Source: Prasinococcaceae sp. CCMP 1430 (lineage: Eukaryota > Plantae > Prasinodermophyta). From it: a stretch of 64,000 nucleotides of DNA. The stretch spans positions 62,001 through 126,000 of the forward strand of contig RQSC01000027.1 of assembly GCA_013416795.1 (NCBI GenBank), read 5' to 3'. How positions within the stretch are numbered: position 1 is the stretch's first letter; each line of letters begins with the position of its first letter. Made by a program: the position numbers and the translations under genes. The notes under the pieces were generated by a model, which worked only from the letters and a program-made list of their open reading frames with translations, was not told the origin of the DNA and did no database searches. Shown here piece after piece: positions 21,001 through 30,099 of this stretch.

Positions 21001-23112
21001 GACAAGTTTGGCTTCGAGCAGGAGCGCGAGTGGGCCAATCAAGAGCCCAACTTCGACAACATCTTCTTTGCCATGGGGGCCCTCTTCGAGATGTCGACGT
21101 CGGAGGGCTGGCTGGACCTTATGTACAATGGGGTGGACTCCACCGAAGTCGGCAAGCAGCCCAAGCAGAACAACGCGGAGTGGGCGGTGATCTACTTTGC
21201 CGCGTTCATGCTGTCGTCATTCTTCTTCCTGCTCAACCTTTTCATCGGTATCATCATGGACAACTTCGCGCAGCTGCGCGAGGCGAATTCGATGACCTCG
21301 CTCTTCATGTCAGAGCGCCAGCGCATGTGGGTCGAGGTCAACGAGAAGCTCGCCAAGGCCAAGCTCGTGCGCCGCGTGGACCGTCCGAGCAATTGGCGGC
21401 GCTCGATCTACGATTTGGTGCAGTCGCCAGTCTTCGAGAACGCCGTGCTGCTTGCGATCTTGCTCAACGTGGTCTTCATGGCCACCTCGCACTCGTACGA
21501 GCCAGAGTACTGGGCCGAGGTGGTCGAGGTTGCCAATCGCATCTTCACGTGGTTCTTCTTTATTGAGATGGTGCTCAAGCTGATCGGCCTCCTGCCGCAG
21601 AACTACGTGAGAGACGGCTGGAACAACTTCGACGGTGTGGTGGTCGTGGTGTCGCTGGTGGGCGAGTTCACGGAAGTGGGCGCCGGCGCCAACGTGCTGC
21701 GCATCTTCCGTCTCGCGCGCGCACTGCGGCTGGTGAAGCGCTTCAAGAGCCTGATGATCCTCTTCCAGACGTTGCTGCAGGCTCTGCCTATCCTCATGAA
21801 CGTTGGTGGCCTGCTCTTCCTGCTGCTGTTCGTCTTTGCGGTGCTGGGTGTGCAGCTCTTTGGCAAGGTCAACTCGGACCAGGAGTTCCTAAACGCGGAC
21901 GCCAACTTCAGCAACTTCGGACAGGCGATATCGCTGCTGTTCCGCATGGCTACTGGCGAGGCGTGGAACGGCGTCATGCGCGATGTCATGACGCAGCCCG
22001 ATGACGGGGTGTGCTCAAAGGAGGCGGGAGATTGCGGCGTGCTCGCGGCGCCCGTGTACTTCTTCGCGTTCGTGATCTCGGGGTCGTTCGTGCTCCTTAA
22101 TCTGTTCCTGGCCGTGGTGCTCGAGAACTACGACAATGTCAAGGAGTCGAAGAGGCACGACGACCAAGAACAGGACGGCACTGCGGTGACCAACGACGAC
22201 ATCGACGACTTCAACAAGAGGTGGGCCTTGTTCGACAAGGACGCCACCGGATGGATCTTGGTGGCTGACCTCGACAGGCTCCTGCTCAACCTGCCGCCCC
22301 CGCTCGGCATCCTCGGGATGGACAACAGTGATCGTACCAAGCTGTCCGGCGGCCAGCTGCTGAGCCTGCAGAGCAACCTCAAGATCAACGTGTACGTCTA
22401 TCCGGCCACCGGCGAGATGTACTGCTCCTACTCGGACGTCCTGCAGAAGCTCACCATGTACTCCTTCGGTCTCACCGTGGACGACCTGCCTGCGCAGGTG
22501 CTCGAAATGCTCAAAAAGGAGCAGGATGCCACGCGCAAAAAGACCACGCGCAAGCTCGTGCAGAAGAAGGAGGCCGACTCGAAGCGCGACCTCGACGTGA
22601 TCCGCCAGCGCGCCCGCGGCCTCGAGCGCATGATGACCACCAAGAGCAACAACAGCGACGCGTCGATGACGGGCGCGAGCAGTGCGTCCTCGTTCGCGTT
22701 GACGCGCTCGGCTTCTTCGATCAGTCTGAAGGCAGCAGCCGCCGCGGGTCACAACTTCACGGAGGAAGAGATGAAGGCCATCGCGCTCGCGCAGACCTTC
22801 AGCAGCAGCTCGCGCTCGCACACGGGCAACAAGGGGGAGGTCTCCCCCGAGATCAAGAGGATCATGAACGAGGTGCAGTCGACGCTCGCCGCCGACCCAC
22901 TGGAGAAGGTGTCGCCGCACGAGCTGGTGCTGTGCAGGTACACGACGCAGCACGTCACTGCGACCTCGCTCATAAAGGCGTACGTTGGCGGCTGGATCAA
23001 GCGGCGGATGAACACCGAGCACCTCCAGATGCTTGAGAACAGCCAGATGCTCGAGGGCCTTGGCAAGGGCCTGGACCAGCTCGGCTTCGTGCTCAACCGG
23101 ATCGAGGTCTGA
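18034..23112 (+). CDS. Four-domain voltage-gated Ca2+ channel alpha-1 subunit (EEEE filter), intronless
   Basis: 1692 aa with four 6TM repeats and S4 segments (LRTFRVLRPLR; LRAFRILRVMK; VRAVRVLRVLRPLR; LRIFRLARALRLVK). P-loops are TLETW, TGEDW, TSEGW and TGEAW. C-terminal EF-hand-like FDKDATGWI and an IQ-like segment. Confidence 0.97.
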   Translation: MSGEAEGGSAAQDAPPSTLEVESGQQGMAGKGSGEEVADTFQEKSLFMGKNHWLRAVAIRVVCHRMFEGVTTGIILLNCILLTLYRPKEDFDSKWNSTLDDIDKFFLAAFTVELLLNVIAMGAWRYVTDAWNFLDFVVVASGYAELGLGPGSSVSALRTFRVLRPLRTINSLPGLKLLVNTILGALPLMGNVLVLWVYLFLVFGILGTQMFGGELDKHCVPLTEAGMAAVAALPSNYTYHEQQQYVEELFYAGAVPRVLDYSNATEYDYCTVGADLGWNGHYCQDTEACIHLEDPDFGKTSFNNLLWSMLTVFVVVTLETWTTIMYATMRTTSGWALIFFYLVVFLGSFFMVNLALAVIADIYEENVEEYKEATLQEHLKLVALHEAEEKKRKLRVLRRNRSARFDLQKQLNSEEAKRSPFQQMLVSLRAKCAAIYDTASFTHATTALILGNTLVLSMEYHNMPQNYAKGLEVTNEVLTWLFVAEMLLKLVALGLKGYWKDSFNKFDTVVNIVSVIELYATSNGSLSALRAFRILRVMKIAGTSQSLKLFIETLSKTIVELGNFALIVALISFIFALLGMQTFGDLFHFEVCESAANPETGVEVVVCEIDSPRSNFDTLLWAFVTVLQIFTGEDWNSVMYSGMRAKGDAASLYFVFLVIIGNYIVMNLFIAILLSSFSSHREERYDAVGVMPTIEGGQSVAFSDYSETSGNGVSVEANETADVAAQAPADSSEGEDGDEKVAKAEVENDAAFEDAVSVLKAQNEEKDEEKDDAAATMEKPNELRPLEDFTLNSFFVFSPESSVRRACYKLIAHPLFDNIILTCIMASSIIMATENPGLEDNQTFQDVVKVMDIIFTTIFAAEMVLKVTALGFYGEPGAYVTSGWNVLDALIVMVSVLSLALSKLDLEWVRAVRVLRVLRPLRMISRIPELRVVVNALLASFPGLGNVLLVMALNWVIFGILGMSLFMGKFYRCNDDAAAGVEECVGTYVDKFGFEQEREWANQEPNFDNIFFAMGALFEMSTSEGWLDLMYNGVDSTEVGKQPKQNNAEWAVIYFAAFMLSSFFFLLNLFIGIIMDNFAQLREANSMTSLFMSERQRMWVEVNEKLAKAKLVRRVDRPSNWRRSIYDLVQSPVFENAVLLAILLNVVFMATSHSYEPEYWAEVVEVANRIFTWFFFIEMVLKLIGLLPQNYVRDGWNNFDGVVVVVSLVGEFTEVGAGANVLRIFRLARALRLVKRFKSLMILFQTLLQALPILMNVGGLLFLLLFVFAVLGVQLFGKVNSDQEFLNADANFSNFGQAISLLFRMATGEAWNGVMRDVMTQPDDGVCSKEAGDCGVLAAPVYFFAFVISGSFVLLNLFLAVVLENYDNVKESKRHDDQEQDGTAVTNDDIDDFNKRWALFDKDATGWILVADLDRLLLNLPPPLGILGMDNSDRTKLSGGQLLSLQSNLKINVYVYPATGEMYCSYSDVLQKLTMYSFGLTVDDLPAQVLEMLKKEQDATRKKTTRKLVQKKEADSKRDLDVIRQRARGLERMMTTKSNNSDASMTGASSASSFALTRSASSISLKAAAAAGHNFTEEEMKAIALAQTFSSSSRSHTGNKGEVSPEIKRIMNEVQSTLAADPLEKVSPHELVLCRYTTQHVTATSLIKAYVGGWIKRRMNTEHLQMLENSQMLEGLGKGLDQLGFVLNRIEV

Positions 23113-23959
23113 GTGGGGTCGCGACGTGTATGTACTGTATCCGAGCGTTGTACGCGGTGCCCCGCGCGGCGCTCGCCCGGCAATTAATTTCGGTCCCCAT
23201 GCTCGACCCTTCTCCCCCGCGGCCGCCGCCGATCGCGCGCGCCGCCAGGCGCGCGCGCGCGTGGCGTCCCGCGGAGCTTGGCGTGCCTAACCAAGGCTGC
23301 GCGCCGCGAAGCGGGAGGGGCGACCGCCTCAGGGCGGTCCCCCCTCCCGCACAGCGCCCGTCACCGCACCGCGGAGGCGCGTGGCGCAGTGTTCGAATAG
23401 CCGCGGGCGGTCTTTTTTTTTGTGCCGGCTTCAAGATTCCATACAGTAAATAAAAAAAAGGGGAAAAAAGAGTCAAAAAGAAGAGTCACACTTTCCCGTG
23501 GGGAGTGTGCGGCCAGGCCCGGGGCGATCGGCATCGAATCGCCCGCGCCCGACCACGTGCGCCCCCCCACGTGCTCGGGTGTCACAAAGTCACAAAGCCT
23601 AAAGAGTAAAGACACACAGATTCACATTGATGAAGACTCCGTCGCGGCGAACCTCGCTGCGATCAGCCAGTCGGTCGGTGGGTCGGTGAATTGGAGGTGG
23701 GTCTCCGATCAATCCACGCTCGTGGGGCTCTGCGCGGCGCACCGACGCGGGCGACGCGCGCCCGCGGACCCTGCGTTCGTTCCGGTGCGGGCGCGCGCGC
23801 GCGCGGGCGCGTGATTCGTGTTTGCATATACCGACGTGTGTGGCCCGCGCTGCCGCCGAAATATCTCGCGTTCGCCGGATCGGGGTCCGTCCGGATCATT
23901 TGCGCGGCTCCGCACCGGGACGGTTGCGCTGACTGCATGCAGCACTTTTTTTTTGGGGG

Positions 23960-24099
23960 NNNNNNNNNNNNNNNNNNNNNNNNNNNNNNNNNNNNNNNNN
24001 NNNNNNNNNNNNNNNNNNNNNNNNNNNNNNNNNNNNNNNNNNNNNNNNNNNNNNNNNNNNNNNNNNNNNNNNNNNNNNNNNNNNNNNNNNNNNNNNNNN
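23960..24099. other. Assembly gap (140 N); single Ns also at 13808 and 45437
   Basis: Directly visible. Confidence 1.
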
Positions 24100-24508
24100 G
24101 CGCGAAAGCGGCCGGCGAGGCGCGTGACCGCCGCCGCGGGCGCGCACCCTCGCCCGGGTCAGGGGCCGCGGCGCGCAGTGCAGTGCCGCAGCGTGGACGG
24201 TTATCGCTGTTTCTCATGTTACAGGTGTGCATGTGCGAGTGTTTGGGCCCGAAGGAGGAGGGAGACAGGGGTGTGGCGATGGGACGGGCGGGAGGGGAGA
24301 CCCTGCGACCATGCGTGCGAGCATGCTCGGCGCTCTCTCCCAGGGTGGCAGGGCCACCCTCGCCCCCGCCGTCGCGCGCCCGCTGTCGACAGCCCAGCTC
24401 CGCGGATGTTTCCTGTGTATGTGTTGCTCGCGCGCCCGATCGACGAGCAGACGGGAGCGCAGCGCGCGGTTTCTACGGGGCGTTTTGCTTGCGGCGTGCA
24501 AGCTCGAC

Positions 24509-25622
24509 TCACTGCGCGGCTTCGAGCAGCATGAGGAGGCCGTCCATGGGCTTGCCAGGCTCGGCCATTGAAGCAACGGGCGCGTAGATGCGAGGCTTCT
24601 GGGTGCCATCCGAGTCAGAGAGCGACACGGAGCCTTGCCGGCGGAACGCCCTGAAGCTACCGCCGGAGCTGCCCCCGCTCTTGCTGTCACTCTCTGTGGG
24701 CGTGACGGGCGCCGTCACCAACGGACTGTCGGAGCCGCCGTTCGCCGAGCGGCCAAGCGCGGCGTGCGCGAACGCCGCGGCGTTGGTGACCTGCGCCGCC
24801 TGCTCCTCCCAGCTTCTCGCGTAGCTGATCATGCCGGGAAAGCCCGCGTAGCCCGCCGGGCCCTGGCCCTGGAGCGCCTTCGACGCCTGCTCGTACGCCG
24901 CGATGGCGCTGTGCTGGCTCTCATACTGGCCGAGCGGCACCAGCCGACCGTTCGCCTTTATCTGCGCCTTCCAGTATCCTCCCGAGAAAACGACCCCACG
25001 GAAGCGCGCCGGGCCGCCGCTGCCGGTCTGCCGCGAGCGCAAGCGCTCCTCCGAGCGGCGCAACCGCGCGACGAGCGCGTCCATCGGCTCGGCGTCGAGC
25101 GAGGCGAGCAGGTCTTTGCCGTATGAGTCGAGCTCGAGGTTTGTCACCGCGCGGCGGCCGTAGGTCTTATACGCCGCGAGGTCATATGCGGCTGCCGCTT
25201 GCAGTGGCGTGTCATGGTAGCCGAGGTAGATCAGCGTGCCGCGCACCTGTGAAGGGCGCGGGCGTGGGTGCGCCGCGGACGCGTGTGCGGCGACGCACCG
25301 ACGTCAGCGCATGGCGCGCGCGAGGGGGGGAAGGGAACGCACAGCACGCACGTGCACGCGGCCAGGCTCTAATCGGATCGGATCGGCGCGGGCGGTGGGC
25401 CTAGGCCTCCCGCAGCGGGAAGCGGGGCGCACACAGAGCGGCGCCCCCGCAGACAGACATAGGGTTCGCCTCCGCGGCGCGCGTGCGCTTGGCGCCGCGC
25501 ACCTTGATGCGGGCCTGCCACTTGCCGTGATGCGCGCACACCCCGCGAAAGCTGGGCGCGCCCGCCTTGGCGGCCTTGCCGCGGCGCGCCGCGAGGAGTC
25601 TGGGCTGCGTCGTGCGCGTCAT
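24509..25622 (-). CDS. AP2/ERF transcription factor with two AP2 domains
   Basis: Exons 25622-25503 and 25246-24509. Spliced AP2-1: SFRGVCAHHGKWQARIK|VRGTLIYLGYHDTPLQAAAAYDLAAYKTYGRRAVTNL. AP2-2: RFRGVVFSGGYWKAQIKANGRLVPLGQYESQHSAIAAYEQA. Confidence 0.9.
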
Positions 25623-26420
25623 TGTTGGCGCCAGCGCCACACGTTGCGCCCTGCGGACGTTCGGCGGCGCGGGTGCGCTCCGCGGCCGGAAAAAAGTTTG
25701 TAGGCGGCGTTCCGCGCTCGCGACGCACGGCGAGCACCCAGTCCGGCGGTCCTGTCTCCCCTTCGGCCTTCCGCGTCCCCGTCCCTCTCGGCAAGGCCCC
25801 CTTCTGCGGGAGCCGAGCGCGATCCCTACTCCGGACACCGCCGGCTTGCCGTCCCCGCCTCCCCGCGCTCTCCGCCGCGCGAGGGAGCGGGCGGTGTGGC
25901 ACGCGTGAAGGGTGCCGAGGCAAGGCTCCCCAGGGACCCAGCCGCGGCCGCAGCCCCCCCCCCCCCCAGTCCCTCACGCTGAGCCTGCCCGCGTACAGTA
26001 CACTGTACGAGCGTACACTGCAGGACCCTCACTCAACTTTACCGTAAAACTACAACCGAAACCTCCGATGGATTTAAGGGGATGCGCAAAGCTGCCCAAA
26101 AAAAAGCACGCGCGAATCCGACGAGGGTCTAAATAAAAAACCTTAAATGCGGGGTTCCGGTCGGGCGCTGCGAGCTGCGAGGCGCCGCGGCGCGCCTGCG
26201 CGGCGTGCCACACCGCGCCTCCCCCAGCCTCCCCCAGCGCCCTGGGGCGACCATGCCCTCCGAGGCCGAGGCCGAGGCGGCCGCTGCCGTGGAGCTGCTC
26301 CAGGCCGGCGGGGGAATCGGTGCGCGCGTGAGCTGGCGCGGCGCGCGCCACATCAGCGCGCGCGCGCGAAAGCGGCCGCCGGCCCGCGAAAGCGCCTGCG
26401 CGCCGACCTCGAACGTGCAA

Positions 26421-26660
26421 ACAGACCTTCGGCGAGACCGCGTGCGATTTGATTCTAGCCATCGCGGCCGCGTGCGGACAGACCTTCGGCGAGATCGCGT
26501 GCGGTTTGACGGCAGCCCGCGCGGCCGCCTGCAGAGAGACGTTCGGCGAGGCGGCGCTCGGCGCCTGCGTACGTTTCTCGGGGCATGCGGATGCGAAGGG
26601 AGAGACGTTCCGCGGGGGGCCCACGTGCGCGCGCGTGCGTTTTGACGGCGATGCGAAGGG
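26421..26660. repeat. Degenerate tandem repeat, about 57-bp unit, 3-4 copies
   Basis: Units start at 26421, 26478 and 26535 (period 57) and at 26601 (more diverged). Core A(C/G)AGAC(C/G)TTCGGCGAG...GCGTGCG.TTTGA. Confidence 0.75.
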
Positions 26661-27710
26661 ACGGCTCCCGCGCGTTCGGAGTGATGACGGAGAGATTCTT
26701 TTCTTTTTTTTGGGTCCGGGGTTTCCCGTTGGCGCGACGACGCCTCAAAGTTTTTAAATCGCGTCATTTCTGTGTATTTACGCTAAGAAAATAATGCGTT
26801 ATATCAAATATGATTTGTAATGAGAAAAAAAAACAAAAACCGTACGATACGTTGTAGTGAAAACCACTTCATCCCCTGGCACGGGAGCTAGGGCTTTCTC
26901 GTTGCTGCTGAATGAACCCCTTCGCGGCGGCGGCGACGACCATCGGCCGAATCCGGAATCCGGCGAAGTCCGCGTTCCCCGAGCGCGCGCGCGCGCGCCC
27001 GCGGCCCGCCGTCGCGTGCCGTTGTGATGAGCACCTGCCTGCGCGGCCCGCGTTTGTTTGTGCGCGCGCGGGGGAGCGGGGGGGCGGCGGCGGCACGCAT
27101 GCGCATGCGCGAAACCCCCACCTCTCACCGACCGGGCGGGGCTTGTTGTTGTTGTTGTTGCGCCTCGATCGATGAACCTGACGAGTTGTGTGTGAAGTCT
27201 CCGGCTGTGGCTGGTTGGACGGACGCCCGCTCGCCAACCGTCCAAGCCCCAGCCAGCCGGTGGCGATGATCGGAGACGAGGTTGGTTGTCAGGTTTTCAC
27301 CCACGCGAGGCTGTGTCCTCCAGGGCGCTCGATCGATGGATACACCATCGTTGGTTCGGCAGCGCCACACAGCGCGTGCGGGGAGGCGATCGCAGGGCTG
27401 GAGGCGATCGTGGGGCGGCGCGGGCGCGGGGCCGCGGCTGGCGCGGCGGCGGCCGTGCGCTCTAGTCGCGATCGGGGGCGGCCGCACCGCGCGCGAGACT
27501 GGGCGGGCGGGCCGCGTGCCGCTGCGGAGTGCTGCGCCGCCGGCGAGGACGCGCTCGCGCGTGCGCTCGCGGCCGGGCAGGGACGAATTCCGGTCCGCAC
27601 ACCCCGCCCGCGCACACGCCATCGCGCAGCTGTAGCTACGCGCGCGCACGAGCGCGTACGCGCAAGCGAACACACTTGCCAGCAGCGCGCGCGTGCACGC
27701 ATCGGCCGCC

Positions 27711-29861
27711 ATGATCCGCTCGTCGAGCTACACTACCATGGGTACGACCCACAAGCGGTCCGCGAGCGCCGAAACCGGCTTTGGCGCCGGCGCGGGCGCC
27801 GGCGCGGGCAACGGCGGTGCGAGCATGGGTGGACCAGGCGGGAGCGCCAGCGGCGGCGTGCCAACGACGACAGCGAGCGCCTCTATGACGTCAATGGGCC
27901 GCCACTCCCGCACCAGTAGCTACGCCAACTACGACAGCTTCGAGGTGGCGCCCGTGCGCGCGCCGGGGCTCAAGCACTCTGGGATGTGCGTGGTACACTT
28001 GCACGCACACGTGCGCACACGCGCACATTTGCGCGCATGCGAACGCGCGCACGCGTGCACGCGCGCGTCCACACGCACCTGCGCTCGTGCGCGTGCGCGC
28101 GCGCCCACGCTGACGCACATACGCCCGCGCGCCCGCAGTGCCATGAGCTCGCGCTCGGCGCACGCGGGGCGCCTGCGTTTCGCAAAGGGCGACCGTGGAT
28201 GGCATGTCGCGCTCAGTCGCAACAGATGGGGGCTGGTCTTCCTGGCGGTGCAAGCGGTGCTTCTCATGCTGCTGGCAGCGCGTTATTTTGGAGGGGAGGG
28301 CGCCGGGGGGGGAGGCGTCCCCAGCGGCGCCTCATCGCCATCGCGAGGCACGGAGATCTCGGCGGCGGCGCGTGCGGCGCGGTCGCAACAGCACGCCGAG
28401 GCGCTTCAGGCACAGAGCGAGCGCGTCGCCGAGCGCCGGCGCGCGCGCGCCGAGGCGGCCGCGGCGGAGGAGGCGGGTGCACAGGCGCGGGTGGAGGCCA
28501 ACGCTGCGAGTGCGCAGGTGGAAGAAGAGGCGAAGAGGAGCTCGCAGACGCAGGAGGCGGGCAAGGCGCAGAGGGTGGAGGCCTCCCCGACAGTGGGCCC
28601 CGAGATAGTGGATGCCAAGCGCACGGCCACCAAGGCCGCTGCGGCTGCCGCGACGCTCTCGGGCGCTGCCAGGCACTCCGACCCGGGGCGGGCGTACGCG
28701 TACCCACACATGGCCGAGGCGCCCGTGTTCGGCGAAACCCGCAAGTTCCTGGTGTACCAGCCCCAGTTTGGCATGGGCAACCAGCTCTTGGCACTCAAGA
28801 GCGCCGTCGCCATGGCCACCGTGCTCGACCGCTGGTTGGTTGTGCCGCATTACCACTCGAACAACGCGCACGGCAAGTACGTACCTTTTGAGGACATTTT
28901 CGACTGGGACAAGTTCCAAGAAATGGTCCCGCGGTCGCTGCCCATGGATGAGTTCCTGGCGCTCGGCGTCCGCCCGACGCGGCTATTTGACATGTTGCTG
29001 CCCCTCAAGACTGTGCACCAGCACTTCGATTACTTCACCGACCTGCGCGTGTTCGGCGACGCTCGGCAGCTGAACGAGTCCATCAGCCGCGTCGATGCCA
29101 ACGGCGTAGAGCACCACATCAAGCTCAGCGACGAGGATGTGAGACGCAAGTACGGCGTGATGGAGGACCAGGTGCTGGCGTTCAGCACGACCTACAAGAT
29201 GTTCTCGCACTTCTCGGACGGCAGACTGACGCGTAGTGTGGCGAACTCCTGGTCGCAGTCGATCATTCCGGCGCCGCGTGTGCGCGCAGCCGCCGAGGCC
29301 GCCGTGGCCGTCCTGCGAGGCCCGAGCGGCGACGGCAAATTCTCCTGCGCCCACGTGCGCCGCACTGACTTCAACGAGCTGTGCAACGTCGCCGATTCGG
29401 GCTGGCTTGCCAGCCTCAGCAGCCGAGGTTACATCTGCTGGCCCACCATGGAGGAAATCGTGGATCAGCTGCAGGTGCTAGGCGCCGAGCGCGTCTTCGT
29501 GGCTTCAGACGCGCCGCAGGAGGTACGCGCACACGCGGGCTTCGTGGGGGCCTTCGACGCGGCGTACGGCGACGACTTTGCACACCTCCTCAGCGGGGGT
29601 GTTGCCGACGCCGCCATGCCGCTCATGGAGGTCGAGGTATGCTCGCACGCCGACACGCTGGTGGTCAACCGATACTCGACCTTCAGCCTTTTCATGGCGC
29701 ACTCGCGGCACATCAGGAAGCCGTCCACGTCGTCGGAGTTCTGGATGCGCACGGACGTCATGAAGAAAGTGCAGGCCGCGCAGGAGAATATTCAACGCAA
29801 GAAGCAGGAGGACAATGAGGCCAAGGCGGACGCGCAGGCGGAGATGCGCAGGCGGCTATGA
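27711..29861 (+). CDS. Type II membrane O-fucosyltransferase-family (POFUT/O-FucT-like, GT-B) glycosyltransferase
   Basis: TM segment WGLVFLAVQAVLLMLLAARYF; FLVYQPQFGMGNQL; CAHVRRTDF; VFVASD; EVEVCSHADTLVVNRYSTFS. In-frame intron inferred at 27986-28138. Confidence 0.85.
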   Translation: MIRSSSYTTMGTTHKRSASAETGFGAGAGAGAGNGGASMGGPGGSASGGVPTTTASASMTSMGRHSRTSSYANYDSFEVAPVRAPGLKHSGMCVVHLHAHVRTRAHLRACERAHACTRASTRTCARARARAPTLTHIRPRARSAMSSRSAHAGRLRFAKGDRGWHVALSRNRWGLVFLAVQAVLLMLLAARYFGGEGAGGGGVPSGASSPSRGTEISAAARAARSQQHAEALQAQSERVAERRRARAEAAAAEEAGAQARVEANAASAQVEEEAKRSSQTQEAGKAQRVEASPTVGPEIVDAKRTATKAAAAAATLSGAARHSDPGRAYAYPHMAEAPVFGETRKFLVYQPQFGMGNQLLALKSAVAMATVLDRWLVVPHYHSNNAHGKYVPFEDIFDWDKFQEMVPRSLPMDEFLALGVRPTRLFDMLLPLKTVHQHFDYFTDLRVFGDARQLNESISRVDANGVEHHIKLSDEDVRRKYGVMEDQVLAFSTTYKMFSHFSDGRLTRSVANSWSQSIIPAPRVRAAAEAAVAVLRGPSGDGKFSCAHVRRTDFNELCNVADSGWLASLSSRGYICWPTMEEIVDQLQVLGAERVFVASDAPQEVRAHAGFVGAFDAAYGDDFAHLLSGGVADAAMPLMEVEVCSHADTLVVNRYSTFSLFMAHSRHIRKPSTSSEFWMRTDVMKKVQAAQENIQRKKQEDNEAKADAQAEMRRRL

Positions 29862-30099
29862 GCGCGCGCGCGCGCGCGCGCGCAGTTGGGCGCGCGCGGC
29901 TGGCGCTCGTGGGGTCGCGTATGGTGCGGCGCGCGCTATAATTTCGTGCTTCGTGCCCCAACGTGTATGAAAGCCCGCCCGGTCGGACTGCGATCACTGC
30001 GCGCTGCCCCGCGCGCTGGCATTTCTCAGTCACTACTGTTTGTCCGGACTTGATCGCTCTGCGCCGCCACAGCCAGCTGGCACGCCCCAGTGGCCGCCA

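Noticed and set aside
23380-23402. tRNA-like A-box/B-box fragments (TGGCGCAGT, GTTCGAAT)
   Set aside because: The boxes are adjacent with no room for D and anticodon arms, and no cloverleaf forms.
23422-23814. ORF with a plausible stretch (IHIDEDSVAANLAAISQSVGGSVNW)
   Set aside because: No recognisable domain or splice structure, and it lies next to the 140-N gap. It cannot be supported, though a fragmentary gene is not excluded.
26421-26660. CRISPR-like repeat-spacer appearance
   Set aside because: The units are degenerate and the 'spacers' resemble each other. The context is eukaryotic and there are no cas genes.
26040-26870. Possible terminal inverted repeats (CTACAAC / GTTGTAG) defining a transposon
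   Set aside because: The match is only about 7-8 bp, with no target-site duplication and no transposase.
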